This document shows positions 39,392 to 52,649 of a stretch of 64,000 nt of DNA, in pieces. How positions within the stretch are numbered: the first letter of the stretch is position 1; every line of letters begins with the position of its first letter. The notes below the pieces were generated by a model. The model was not told where the DNA came from and did no database searches. It saw only the letters and a program-made list of their open reading frames with translations. Made by a program: the position numbers and the translations under genes. This DNA is from Callorhinchus milii (Eukaryota): contig NW_024704742.1 in the NCBI RefSeq assembly GCF_018977255.1, positions 115,942,001 to 116,006,000 on the forward strand, written 5' to 3'.

Positions 39392-40488
39392 GAATTTTGG
39401 AAACCTGGAAAGTAAAAACTCATCAGTGGCTACATATACAATATTTGTTATGAGTTAGTCATATAAAATCTGACTTATACATAACTTTACATAAGTTATA
39501 CATGTTGTGACTTATGCAAGTTTGACATAACTCATACTATGCATAAGTCTATTAAATGTATGGTCACAATATGATATGATATGACTTACGTGAGGTTTGT
39601 TGTATTGATTTTGGATGGATTATTTAATAATTTAATAATAATTTAATAAACACTAATAATTTCATTGAAAATGACACAAAATGTAAATTGGGATCTTACT
39701 ATGTTTGAAACCTTTTCAATTCTAATTAAAGGTGGTGGTGAGGGGTGGGGGGAGATGGTTTCCAGGTTTACCCAGCTGTGTATTATGAACTTCCAACCGA
39801 GGTGTGGATGGTGTGTGGATGGAGTTCTGTTCCACCAAGTCTTGCATTTCAGTGTCCAGCTACCTCACCCCTCTATGAACTCCTCAGTCTCCATTCCATT
39901 CCAGAATACTTTCAGCCCCTCTTCTCTACACTTTCATCCGAGTTGTTTGCTTTGGCAAGTTGTAGGCTCTTAAAAACAATTCACCCAAGAATATTAATCA
40001 CTCTTGCACCCAAACACAAACAGCTCTGTGCGATGACAGAATGAAACATATTGGAAAGTAAAACATTTGGAAAGTGAAAAAATATATCTCTTTTCATAAA
40101 TACTGGATAGTGTCTGTCAGAGGCGAAAGTTCACCTCAGGTTGACAGGCTACATCATTTGTACATTTCACAATTTACACCGAGTTACAGAGCAACATAGT
40201 GGAATTGGAAAGGAAAGCATATTCGAAACCGACTAAAGTGATTTGACTCATATTTATAATCAATCTTTACACAGAATCAGTTGTACTGACATTTAAGGAT
40301 TACAGTATAAACATGTAAAAGCTTTACCAATGACTGTGCAAAACTGAGTTAGAAAGAGAGGGGTTATAGAAATATATTGCATCAACTATAACAGGTGGAG
40401 AATGGAATGATTTCCCGCCCGCCATCAAACCTCACCACGATACCACAATTATTTTGGCACAGCAGTGATCACAGGCATTGATATTTTT

Positions 40489-40600
40489 TGGGTCAGATGA
40501 GTGTCTGACACATGCGGAAATCCATCACCATGCTTAAGAGTATGCAAACCAAACTGAGAGTTCCATGCATCACACCGATACATGGAAATTCCTGAGAATG
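40489..40600 (-). repeat. Unclassified dispersed repeat, copy 1
   Basis: Reverse complement aligns to 54370-54478. Confidence 0.8.
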
Positions 40601-40699
40601 ATCTGCTGTGTATGTGATAAACAGCAGCACACCTTTTAACAAGCAATTTTTCCATAATATTACAGCCTAAGTATCAGTATTAGAAATGTACATCAGTGT

Positions 40700-40890
40700 G
40701 AAATCATAGAATCATAGAATCGTACAGCACAAAAAGAGGCCATTCGGCCCATCGAGTTTGTGCCGGCTCTTTGAAAAGATCAATGTAATGTCAATCCCAT
40801 TCCCCAGCCCTTTCCCCATAACCCTGCAAACCCGTCCTCCTCAAATACCTGTGCACCACGTTTTTAAAAGTAGTTATCAAATTGGCCTCG
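40700..40890 (-). mobile_element. CR1 LINE 3' end
   Basis: (atcataga)n tail, gaggccattcggcccatcgag, cttccccataacc-like ORF2 end. Confidence 0.88.
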
Positions 40891-41699
40891 AGATGTTAAA
40901 ACCCCTCTATTAAACAGGTAAACCTTCCTTCAAATTTAAACTTTAGGTTATCTCCTCCTCACCCCACTACCACTAACATTTTCATTCAACAGCTAGGAAA
41001 GGGCACAAACATTAATTGTAAGGACTCCGCAATGCTACCCTGCATGAGGGGCACTATATAAATGCAAGTTGTTGTTGTAATTTAAGTTTCACGAAGTGTC
41101 AAGCATTCTCTACAATTAGGGACCAATTGATTGGTCAATCAAATCAATTGACCAATTTAAGAATTTAAGAGAGATTTAAGAACTAATTCAACACATTAGA
41201 AAGTCAACTTAAACCCAGAGATCAAATTTGTTTACCTAAGTAAATGTAAGTGTGGGTGAGTGAACCACGTACAGTTAACTGTTGTGAACTACTGCGGAGA
41301 GCATTACGCTAGAATAGGGGATCCCAAGGTGACCAAAACAGGTCTTGTTTTTCTTTAACTGCAGTACAGCATGAAAAGTTTACAACCGATTTCTCATAAT
41401 ATTGTGACATACATATGAGTTCAAGAGAAGAAGTAATGCTGCATAGTTCTTAAACACAAAAAACAACTCTTGAAGATTCAATCTATGCCTTTTTTGTGGT
41501 CAGCAGTGTGTATGACTTATGGAAACCCACTGTTATGCTTAAGAATATCCAAACCCAACTAAGAGTTAGGCATGTGTATGGAAATTTCCCTTTACCTGGA
41601 TTGGAGTGTGCACTCTTTCTTTGGAAGGACACACTCTGTTTTATCTAATCACAGAAAGTATGAGGCAAAGATTGGCAAGAGTGTGTGTTGAGTAGTTTA

Positions 41700-41950
41700 A
41701 CTACAATTTGCACTTATATAACAATTTTCACTTTAGAATGTCTCAAACACTTTACACTGAGCAGGAGTCCAAGCTGGGATGGATATAGATGGATGAGGGG
41801 TGGGGGGAGAGAGAAGTTGCCAAATGCATAGTAAAGTGATTGGTCTTCAGGTAGGATTTGAAAGCAAAAAGGGGGGTGCAAAATAAAAGAATTTTGAGAG
41901 AGAGTCCCAGAGGAAGGGGACAAAATGGTTAAAGGTTCACCTGACAATGG
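41700..41950 (-). mobile_element. Decayed L2 LINE 3' end
   Basis: Tail caatttgcacttatata plus purine-rich reverse complement of the LWNSLP...FK...LKT region. Confidence 0.6.
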
Positions 41951-43259
41951 TGGGTGGAATGGGCGAGGGGCACAGAACAGGCCAGAGTTGGATATTGGCA
42001 TAGCTTTTGTCGTTGCAAACACTGTCTCAGGAAAGCTTTCTACTTTCTAGGTTGTCCAGCTAGGACTTTGGTTTGCAGGAAGAATAACTACCCCAGTGAC
42101 TGTTTTATTTCTCCTTGTGCAGCAGTGTGGCTTCCTGAAACTGTAAGGGGAGGACAGATGCATAAATACCGAGCATCTTCTGCTTTGCTCTTTTTATACT
42201 ATAGAAGCAATGCAAGATCACTTTCAGATCTCTTTCAGCATGGAACGTGACTAAACTACCAACTCTATTGAGCTGATAATTATATGTTTTTGCATCAGGT
42301 GGGTGGGGGGGGGGGGGGGTGGGGATGGGTGTGCGGGATTGGGTGGTTCCAGAATGAATGAAGGGAAGTGCAAAGAAATTTGCAGGGTGTAAAGTGCAGC
42401 TATTGCTATAATGCAGGGATCTGCCTTGTTCACATCACTACTGCCCTTAGTTGGGCAGTCCACTGTAGGGTTAGAAATTCGTGAGGATCAAACTCTCCTT
42501 GCTTTTGTGTAGTTGGAGGTGATGCAGGCATATGCAGAGTCTCTTGAAGGCTGACTTCCCATACCCACGTACATTTCCTCTCTGTTTCATAAGGCTGGGC
42601 ATATCACTTTGCACGTTCATCCTTGATCTCTCAGCATCCTGAATTCCAACTCTGAATTTAATAAAGCATCTTTCAGCCGCTGGAAGATATTCAGGGAAGT
42701 CTTATGTTTCCAACAGATTATATCTACTTTGAAAATCAGGCTTTTGAAAGAATCCCCACAATGAAAGGTTTCCCTGCAATTCTCAATATTTTTGAACCAC
42801 ACAGTATGCACACTCCAGTTGTCATAATACAATTAAACATAAAACTTCTGGGAAACCTCACAAATATTGTATTTGGCAATTTTTTAATGTCAAATCCTTG
42901 GACTGCCCAGCAAGCTAATCAAGACTCCTTACTCCCTGGGTCAAGGGGCTGTTCATGTTTGCATGTAGAACACAGTGACATTGAAAACAAAACTAATACA
43001 ATAATACTCACTATCTAAAAAAAGCTTTATTGATGTATTATCGCTACAATGGAGCACTATATCAAATGCAAAGATTATTATTATTAACTATAAACAACTA
43101 AAATAAATGCTAAAAACATTTTCAATAAAAATAAATCCTTTATTTAATCTTGTTTACTCACCCAGGTTCTTTTCTTATTTTCTCCATGTGCATTTAATTG
43201 TTTAAATTTACATTTTCCTTATCTTACCTTTTCTAGCTTTTATTCTTAAAGAAATTAGG

Positions 43260-43530
43260 AGTGAAAACTTTCACTATAGAAGATTGTTTGGCCCATTGGA
43301 TTTCATCTTCCCAGAATACCCACTCTATTGTCTATTATTATTATTATTAATAATACAGCATTAATCAGTTTCTTAAATGACTCTGGTGTCCTGGCTTCAA
43401 CCATTGTTCTTGGTAACCCATTCCACTTGTTATTCTCCTCTGTGTAAGGAAATACTTCCTGGTGTCTTTATATTTGGCTTTATAACTGGCCTTTATAATC
43501 TTGAGCCTGTGCCCTCTTGTCCTGCTGCCA
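43260..43530 (-). mobile_element. Decayed CR1 3' fragment
   Basis: cattccacttgttattctcctctgtgtaaggaaatacttcc...ttgagcctgtgccctcttgt (TRGHxxK reverse complement). Confidence 0.65.
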
Positions 43531-43542
43531 TAGTATATCTGT

Positions 43543-43990
43543 GTGTCAGTCTGGCTCAGTTGGTAGCACTCTCACCTCTGAGTCAGAAAGTTGCGGGTTC
43601 AAGCCCCACTTTGGCACTTGGAATCCATGGCCAACACTCCATTGCAGTGAGGGGATGCACTGTTTTGTCAGAGGTGCCGTCCTTTGGATGAGATGATAAA
43701 CTGTCTGCCTGTTCAGGTGGATGTTAAGGATCCCATTGCACTATTCAAAATAAAGGAGAGTTTCTCCCAGTATCCTGGCCTACAAACCCCCATTAAAATT
43801 AGTCATTCATTTCATTTTTTTTTGTGGAACGCTACTGTGCTTACATTAACTGCTGTGTTTGCCCATAAAAGCAGGATTGGAAAAATATTGCTCTAAATTT
43901 ATATTGGAGTCTAAAATACAATCACTTCACTTGATAAATAAGTCTCCCGAAGAGCTTTGATATGTCCTTGTGATGTGAAAGGCAGTGCAG
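43543..43990 (+). mobile_element. Old full-length Deu-SINE (SacSINE1-like)
   Basis: Head gtcagtctggctcagttggtagcactctcacctctgagtcagaaagttgcgggttcaagccc, gtctgcctgttcaggtggatgt, Deu core. Confidence 0.88.
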
Positions 43991-44886
43991 TCTTCTGCAA
44001 CAAGAACCTCCAGTCATCTTGCTGAGAATCAACTACACTGGTCATTTGCTGAGATGGGAATCTGAGAGCTCAGTTGCCCAATGAAGATGCTAGGAAAATG
44101 CTTCAATGTGTCTCCGTAGAGTTCTTACTTATTTCTCATCATTGAAAACATCCTTTTTAATTATATAAGTCATTGTCTCTTAAATTTTCTTATGACTATG
44201 AGCTGTCTTCATATCAATGACACAAAGGATTTCCTGCATAATATCAAACCATCTCTTCATGTGAAATAATGATAATCATTAGCTTGCCAGCCTTTAATTG
44301 CAAAGGGTAGCTACTGCTACTTCTGCACTGCCTGATGAGTGCTATTTGTCAAGATTCTTCTATAGAAAGACAGTGAGGCTGATCATGGAGCATTATTATG
44401 GGACCTGAACAAGCAGAATTCAGTTGCATTAATAGTAATAATACATTTACTTTGACCCAGGATTTTTTTTCCATTTGGATTTGGATTATTGAGACTTCAT
44501 GCTTCAAAAATGTGTTCTCAAACTGTTTGCTGACACAATCTGTTATGTGAATTTGATTAGGTTATACCCAGCGCACGCTGAGCTAAGGAAAGGTGAATAT
44601 GTAGTTTGCAGATATTTGCTTTGGATTGATGTTGCTGCTTCTGTAAGACCATTCCCTGCGCCAGCTGAAGTCGTAATTCAATAACTCTCCTCCATTTAGC
44701 ACAAGCGAGATTTTCAGCCTAGGGTGCTGGCTGGGCCAAGCCACATTAGCAAATCACAGTACTATGGTGTCAAAGCAGAAAGCTGTGCCTTGAGCTGTAC
44801 CAGGGCTTAGAAGAATTCTGCACTGGGTTGTCAACAAACCCAGAAGAATCTTTTATGAACTGAGATAGATGGTAAAACATAAACGT

Positions 44887-45203
44887 GGAGTCCTGTAGCT
44901 CAGTGGTTGAGCACTCGCTTTGCAAGCTAGAGACCTGAGTTCAATTCCAGGCAGGGCGAAACCTTGGGCAAGTTTCCTTACTCCACACGCCTAATAATAA
45001 TCCCTCCAAAACCAAAAACAATAATAAATTGGTCATTTTCAATCCATGACTGTTTGTGGGACATTGCTGTGCGCAATTGGCTGCCGCGTTCGCCCACAAA
45101 TATACAGTCAATTCACTTTACAGTGTGTTCTGTGAAGCGCTTTGGGACGTCCTCCTGACGTGAAAAGTGCTATATCAAATGCAAGGATTATTATTATTAT
45201 TAT
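44887..45203 (+). mobile_element. Young full-length tRNA-derived Deu-SINE
   Basis: A box tagctcagtgg, B box gagttcaattcc, Deu core, L2-like tail, (ATT)n. Confidence 0.95.
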
Positions 45204-45314
45204 AAAGGAAACAAGGCCCCAATTCTACCTAGACTTAGCCAGTAAGACTAACTTGTCTTAAAACGTAAGATTGCACAGAATTGCTGAAACTTCTTAAATT
45301 TAGTTTTAATTCTC

Positions 45315-45475
45315 TTCGACCATGCCCTTGGTCTCGCTCCCACCTCTCTGCCTTCCCTCACCCCTACACCACCCCTCCCCCATCCTTGGCCCCGACAATC
45401 GACTGTTCAGCTCTTTGGGACGTCCTCCCTATGTGAAAGGAACTCTATAAATGTAATTTTGTTGTTGTTGTTGTA
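45315..45475 (+). mobile_element. L2 LINE 3' end
   Basis: Close match to 57365-57527, ending in (TTG)n. Confidence 0.88.
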
Positions 45476-45555
45476 ATTTGCAAACCATTTTTGGCAGTTC
45501 TGTGTGTCGGGATTTGCTCAAAGGGTAAGAGGGGATATAATAGAGGTACAATGGA

Positions 45556-45630
45556 TACTCCACATGAGTACCCATCCTAGATCCTATACCTAGTCCCATA
45601 TTCCAGCCCTATCCTCATATTCCTCAACTT
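45556..45630 (-). mobile_element. Inverted CR1 3' fragment
   Basis: Reverse complement of 45865-45939. Confidence 0.8.
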
Positions 45631-45635
45631 CATAG

Positions 45636-46005
45636 GTGGCTGAGATAGGATGGAGAGGAAAGATTATTTCCAGTGATTCCGGGGAGTCTAGAATAAGAGG
45701 GCATAGTATTAAGATCATCACTGGGAGGTCCAGAACAATAATTAGGAGGAACATTTTCATACAGACAGGGGAGGGAGTGTGGAATTCTCTGCCACAGTCA
45801 GTTGTTTGGACACCAACCATGTGCACATTAAGAAAAAGACTGGATACATGGTTGAGGAAGAATAAAGTTGAGGAATATGAGGAAAGGGCCGGAATATGGG
45901 ACTAGAGATAGAATATAGGATAGGCATTTCTGTGGAGAATAAGCACTGGCCAGACTGGATGAGTTGAATGGCCTGTTTCTGAGATGTACTTTCTGTGAAT
46001 CTATG
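45636..46005 (+). mobile_element. CR1 LINE 3' end with ORF2 C-terminus
   Basis: SRIRGHSIKI...RRNIFIQ...VWNSLPQSVV...LDTWL, followed by ggatgagttgaatggcctgtttct and tail. Confidence 0.9.
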
Positions 46006-47299
46006 ACTTTTAATTCATGGTCTAGGCTGACACTCTAATACAGTGTTGGGGAGTAATACATTGTTGGAGGTGCTGAACTTCAGATGAGATGTTAAACTGA
46101 GGTCCCGTCTGTCATCCATTTAGATATGCTCTCACTGTGGCTGAGAGGCACATCAGTCAGAGCTATTGCACTAATGCAGCTGGAGTGTTTGGTGCTCAAT
46201 GCCAGGCCCCGCTATAACAGCGCAACAGTGATTGCAGTCAGTCCAGCAGAGCCACATGCAGATCGTAAAGCAGTACTAGAACCACTAACAGCTGGTGTGC
46301 ACATTTTTTTCCAAAAGTAAAAATGCAGACCCATAAACCAGGTCTGTATTAAAAAATTATTCTTAAGTATGTCAAAGTAAAACCGATAAAGAAACTGCTG
46401 TCAGACCAGCCAGAGGGAACATCACAATCTCCAATAAACATTGCCAAAAGCAATTGTTTGCTTCAAGGTGAGTGATTTAGATTGCAACTTTAATATTTTT
46501 ATTCCACGCCTGCTTAGCAGTAAATGATTGATTCCGCAGTTTGCAGTCGTATGATGTAAATCCTTTTAATAAATCAAGCGATCAGGGTTTGTAAAATACT
46601 AATTATAGTAGCAGACCCACAGTGAAACAAACAACCGCAACCTTTTCAACAAAGGCCTCATTTCAGGACTCCAAAGGCTAGGAAACAAATCTTGCGCAAT
46701 TGGAAAATTAAAAGGTCCAAAACCATAGAGCTCCTTGAAGCTTGAGATGGTACGAATTGCTTCCTTCAAGGAAATACTACCCTGAATCCAAGAACATTTT
46801 GTTATCCTGGGGGAGGGGGAGAGGGGAAGGTAATCCTGATCTCCATTGGAGCTGAGCTCACTCCAGGATATCTTGGCAACGGAATGTCAGAATTGAGTCA
46901 ATCCTCTGTGGCGGTCTTGGTAGTCTGGTTCCTGAGCCAGGCAGGCTGAGGCACTCTAGGGCACAATGTTGTTGAAAGACTAGCCAGCCGGGCTCTTTGG
47001 CAGACCTTGGAGAGGCGACCAGGGTAAAATGGGGAATAAATTCTGTCCAGCATTCCACATTGGCAACGTAAAACTGCAATAAGAAATTTCATTAATAACT
47101 AACTTCGCCACAGGTGATACATATAATGCTGAACAGAATCATTAGCCAAATATATCAAAGACACCATGAAACACTGGAATTATTTAACAAAAGTCTAGTA
47201 TAAATAAGCACAATTTCCCTGAAGATTTCAAAATAAGAGTGAATATAATGTCCCTGTACTTTTCTTGATTTTCTGAGACCTTTGGTGACTCCTGAAGAA

Positions 47300-47650
47300 A
47301 AAAGAACCTGCATTTGTATACCACCTGAACATGTTTCACAGGCAACCACTGTCAAGTGAGCAGTTGTAGACAAGGCTAGCATGTAATAAAGTCTCACAAA
47401 TGGCCATGAGGTGAATGACCAATTTACCTGGAGGATTATTGATTATTAGACCAGGAAAAACTCCTTCTCTTTTCAAATAGTGTCATGGGATCTTGAACCT
47501 CCACTTGAACAGGCAGGTAAGATCTCAGTTTAACACCTCATCCAAAAGACTGCCAACACTCCCCCAGTACTTCACTGGGGTGCCAGTCCATACTATGAGC
47601 TCCAGTCATATCTCATCAAAAGGTGAGAGCGCTACCGAATGAACACATTT
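47300..47650 (-). mobile_element. Old Deu-SINE (SacSINE1-like)
   Basis: gtgtcatgggatcttgaacctccacttgaacaggcag...ggtgagagcgctacc. Confidence 0.75.
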
Positions 47651-47856
47651 GACTCCTCTCTAAAGATTAGCCGTGCCAGGTAGTTTTATGCTAGTTTTGC
47701 TACTTTGGAGGTCTGAGCCCCAAAAGTTATCATGAAAATTGGAGCTAGAGCAAGATGAAGAGCTGATAAGTGGTTATTATAAAATCTGTTGTTATTGTTT
47801 CTTATCTAGACATTTTCTCCCCAGACAGGTTACATAAGAGAATTCACACTCCTGCT

Positions 47857-48155
47857 AATAAAATAATAATAATCCTTCCATTTAATATAGCGCCATTTAC
47901 ATCAAGGGGTGTCTCAAAGCACTTCATAGGATTTTACTGTGGATTGTAATGACTGTGTATTTTGGAGGCAAACACAGCAGTCAATTTGTGCACAAAAATG
48001 TACACAAACAGCCACGAGGTGAATTACCAATTTTATTTGGGGAATTGTTGGCCAGGAAATCAGAAGAAATACCCTTCACTTTTTAAAAAGTGCCACGAGA
48101 TCTCTAACGTCGACCTGAACAGGTAGATAGAACCTTGTTTTAATGTCTCCTCTGA
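47857..48155 (-). mobile_element. Old Deu-SINE, 5'-truncated
   Basis: (TAA)n tail, cagcagtcaatttgtgcaca, ttgttggccagga, gacctgaacaggtagat. Confidence 0.8.
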
Positions 48156-48389
48156 CTCTATAACCTTTATCAAATATGTCTAAAAACATAATATTTCAAA
48201 ACCCAGTGTCTTGCAGAATCCTGGTTCATAATTGGATATGAAAGTTTTAAAAATTTCTTACAAAAGTGTGACATAGACAATGTGCTAAAGTGGTAAACGC
48301 TGATAAAGGCTTGAAGACATGCCTACATGAGGGCATGACCACAGTGTTGCTGTCTTAGGTGTACCTCAAAAGGGACTTCTCTGATGATT

Positions 48390-48830
48390 TACTGAGCAAG
48401 TGTTTGCAGTGTGTGGTATGTCACTGAATCATAACAACCTTGAAGATTCCAGGTTAATTCCGAGTCTGTGCTGAATTAGTCAGGGCAACAAGTGGGAGGT
48501 TTGGGGGAAGGGCAGGTGATAAGTAGGATTGGTCTCATCTTCCCTCTGCTAAAGGAGTGTGTGGTGGGGGGATGGGGAGGGGACTGAGCGGAACTGAGGG
48601 ACGAAGGGGTGGTGGCAGACTGGTCACTCCTGCTCTCTGTTCATTCTCCTGGTAGAAATCTTTATGGGTGGCTGCTGAGTGAAGAAGGAAAAGGCTCAGC
48701 AATGATGAGTCTCAAGGTTGAAGAGTATGTCAATGGTCACTGTCCAGCTTCATACATGGGAATGTAACAGAGGGATGACACTGCCCATTGAAAACCTATA
48801 TGGATTACCAACTTCATGAGAGGAGTGTTA
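48390..48830 (+). mobile_element. Second, older tRNA-headed SINE family (AmnSINE2-like, tentative)
   Basis: ggttaattccgagtctgtgctgaattag...gctgagtgaagaagg...ggctcagc, shared with 57950-58290, 60090-60250, 63470-63790. Confidence 0.55.
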
Positions 48831-49726
48831 AGGGCTCAAGAACAAATGAAAAAGTAAAAAAAGTAGCAAAAGAATAGACATAATCTTCAATAGGTTATTT
48901 AAAAATAAAACTTCCCCCATTAAAAAAAAAAGCATTATATCTTGTTGGGGTTGACTGGGCTAAGACAGACATTCTGCAATGTAAAAGCATTGCTTCAACA
49001 TCTATTGAAGGCTTAAATACAATCACATTCATCCAGATATGAAACTACATTTAAAAAACAATCCATGACACGTCTCAGCACTCATGACTGAGAAAGTTTC
49101 AACTGAATATATAAGAAGTGAGAATAATTTTCTGATACAATTTGCATTGAAATCTTTGTGTGTGCAGGTTTGGACCCCAATCTGGTATCGACCAGCATGC
49201 CAGTGTCAACAACATTCTGTGCTATCGTGTCTTAAAAAGAAAATATGAAATTTGTTTACTAATGAATTGACTGCATCTGATGAGACCACATCTAATAGAC
49301 ATAACAGGCTCCTCATTCTTCAGCAGGCTATACAGTAGGACCACAGCACTACTGTGTGAGGGAGTGCACTATGGTGGTCCAACCTTAGTGCAGAACATAT
49401 GTTAAACAGATTAACATGCTATGTCTGACCCACACTTAGCAAAGCAGGGATAGAGTTTCTCTTGCTCCATGTGGAAATTAACCTATATATCAGCGAGGGA
49501 AAAAGTTATCAGCTGCATGCAGAAAGCAGTCTGTTTCAGTTCAGTTTCATAAATCTACAAAACAAAATATTACAGCTGTTATTCATGGCATTTCCCATTG
49601 CCTGGATTTACTGCGGGGACAAACAAATGAACTCACTCAGTGTTAGCAAAGTGCCTGCAAAATCCTTCAAATCGTAGACTTAAACATTTGTAAAATGTAA
49701 CAATTTATAAATTTGACTTGACCCAC

Positions 49727-49895
49727 CTTTTAAACAAAAGCACAATAACATTCCTAGCATATAATACATCTACCCCTCCACATGGATTGTGATGTCCATT
49801 CTGGGCAATTGAATGGCAGAATGTATTACGATATGGATTAACAAACTGGAGAGCACACAGACACTTTGTTAAACATGTGTGGTCTTTCTTAATGT
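49727..49895 (-). CDS. Candidate exon D of an unidentified minus-strand gene (DIKKDHTC...VDVLYARNVIVLLFK)
   Basis: ttcttgcatttattag acceptor, AG|gtgggt donor, open in phase 1; no homology recognised. Confidence 0.3.
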
Positions 49896-50103
49896 CTAAT
49901 AAATGCAAGAACAACACCAAGCACTGACATTCATTTAGGCAGTCTCTATCACAGTTCAGATTTGCAACTGTTCTGTATCAATCTATTTTATTACTGTAAT
50001 ATATTGTGTCTCTTTCAAACTAAAGAGTTCAACTTTTTTTATATAGCAGGTCCAATTTATTTTATAAATGGCATCATCTATCTAAGCCAAGGCGCTGGAA
50101 TAC

Positions 50104-50242
50104 CTTCAATATTAGTTAAGGAAGAAAAAAGTGCTTGGCTCATGCTATTTGTTGCTGTCAGAGTAATGAATACTGGTTCTCCTTTAGGAATTCCTAATCC
50201 TCCCAGTGTGGCTGTAACCCCATGGATAATGTTATTGCAGGA
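50104..50242 (-). CDS. Candidate exon C (SCNNIIHGVTATLGGLGIPKGEPVFITLTATNSMSQALFSSLTNIE)
   Basis: tttatttgttcag acceptor, AAG|gtattc donor, only phase 0 is open, phase-compatible with B and D. Confidence 0.33.
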
Positions 50243-52109
50243 CTGAACAAATAAACATCTTTACTGAATTAAACAGGAGTCGAATGAATAGTAACATCAA
50301 TCCAGAAAAGAAAGATACGTGTAAATGTTACACTAATTCCTTAGACATTTTGCCTGAACATAGGAATACTTCTTCAATTAGATGATAGTGTCTTTCAATA
50401 GTGAGTTGGCTATGACCCTGACTGCCCCCTCGCTCCTTTTTCTGCTGCCAGTAAGAGCAATTCATCGTTTTGTGAACGATTCCCTTTAGAATACAGTGAC
50501 TAGTACATCAAGATAGAATCAAAGAACAAATTGCCAACCATCCTTATAACACAAAGATAGGAGATGGGGACACATTGACTCTGAGATTCAAGATTTGAAA
50601 ATATCCTTTGATATTTTATGCATTTCAACTATATGGTTAGCATATATCTGTCAGCTATATATCCAGTTAGATAACATCCCTCTTACCGACACACAATTCA
50701 TTTCTACAGCTGTCAACTATTACATTCACAGTGTTCTTTAACATACTCCATCTCTGGTTGAATAATCAAATGGTATTCATTAAAAGGCAGTAGCTAAAGT
50801 GAGAATAGACTTCAGGTCTGTAAAAGGTGCATGTGAACCAAAAGATAGCCAAAAGCATGGTCATAGAGGAAAGTCTTGAGGTGGTCCTCAAAGGGGGCAA
50901 GTTGAAGTGTTCCAAACAGAGTAAATAGATAGTGATTGGTAGGAATTGAAACTATGACTGATTTTATTTCCCTTTCAGGCTGGATTTCCTCAAGTTAAAT
51001 GCAAAATCCCTAATACAGCCCTATCTGAGGCCAGACAGCAGACCACAGATGGGGAACTGAACCTGCGACTTTTCAGATCAGAATGACTCAGTAATACTAA
51101 GCAATGGCTTTACTATATTGTGTTAGGAGCCTTGGCCTTTTTTGAATTCTAGTAAGCAAGGATGCTGTATCTGTCAAAACAATTACAATAAACGATAATA
51201 TCGCTTTATCTTTGCCTAAGGATGAAGTTCAAAGTGTGACAAATCAAATCAGATTTGATTAAATTCTGCAACATTCATAAACGCACGCTAGTCTTGTGAT
51301 AAAGATTCAGATTACATGAACTGTACTGAAGCAGCGTTTACAAGCCTTAAAACAATGGCTGGAGTCATTCCAAGGGTTTCTTTTACCATAGGTTTATGAA
51401 TACCTTGAGTATTGAAGTAAGGTTAGAACATATTTGGAGTAAAAGAAACACTTAAACAACAACAGTTGGTACAAATCCAGAAATATCCATACCATTAAAA
51501 GTCATACTAAATTGCTCACATTCCCCCCCATCCTACATATATGTAACATAAAATAGTTATTCACCATTCTTTAGCAAACATGGAGCATTGCCTGGGGTGA
51601 CTTTAGCAAATGCTGTGGAGAACAGTAAAAACTCAATATTTCTTGTGTGCTTTTGAAATGACATGTGGCAGCTTTTAAAGAGCAGTAATTAAACTGAATT
51701 GCCACAATTAATTTTTGTTCTTTCATATAAGCAAAAACATAATTACCATAAATTTAAAATTTGTCCCGATAAGATTGAATGTTTTTGTTAATTAAAAAAA
51801 ATTACTTGAATTTCATCCTGACTTGATTGTTACCCCTAATACACTGGTCTAAATTTAACAAGTTCCTTTTTAGGGACTCTGCCACTAACGTTAAAACACA
51901 CATGTCTTAAAAGCAAATGCGAACAATGTTTTTGGAAAATATTTCAAAATATCCTAATGACATTATAGCTTTAATACGTGAATACTGCAACAAATGCTAA
52001 ATATCGTTAAGCACTAATGAGTAGAACCGGGTGATTCTCAGCTTTTAATAGTCTTGCCAGAATTATTCCAAAGCCCTCCACATGGTCTCCACAGCTCCAC
52101 TAGTCACAA

Positions 52110-52510
52110 ATCCAATTAATTCAGAACTCGGGCACCCACATACTCACCAACTCCAAACTCCAAACCTCTATCACACCAGTCCTCGCCAGGCTCCACAGGC
52201 TCTCTATCACAGGACGGATTGACTTCAAGATCCCCTCACTCATTTACAAATCCCTTCACCTCCTTATCTCTCTAAACTGCTTACTCCCCACTCCATCACT
52301 TGCCGCCTCCACTCAGATGACTCCAACCTCCTGCTCACTCTCAATCCCTCCACTTTGCCCCCTCCTTCCCCTTTTCACATCAGTCCTGAAGACCTTCCTC
52401 TTCGACTGTGCTTACGGTCACCTCCTCCCTCTCCCTGCCCGGCATCAGGCTCTGCCATTGTTAAGCACTCCGAGATGCTATCTCGCCTAAAGGAGCTATA
52501 TAAATATTGT
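52110..52510 (+). mobile_element. Decayed L2 LINE 3' region
   Basis: QNS...ILT...ITPVLARLH...RIDFKI...IYKSLH...LKTFLFDCAY and tail. Confidence 0.85.
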
Positions 52511-52649
52511 GCTGGGTCCAGTACACATATAAATTACTTTACATAATTGTGTATATTTTCCAGGGGTGTATAATTAATAAGTCAAACTATAGTTGAAAGA
52601 ATGATTTACAGTTTTAGAAAAATGCTGCACTATATTTATATTGGTGTTC

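Noticed and set aside
39070..39453. ORFs with FFLS / KKER repeats
   Set aside because: Translation of the (AAAG)n microsatellite
44887..44957. tRNA-like sequence (also at the heads of the other young SINE copies)
   Set aside because: It is a SINE head continuing into a Deu domain and LINE-like tail; acceptor stem is not intact
46368..46467. Plus-strand exon-like segment with QSPINI (carbonic anhydrase-like motif)
   Set aside because: Single short motif, no flanking carbonic anhydrase residues or further exons
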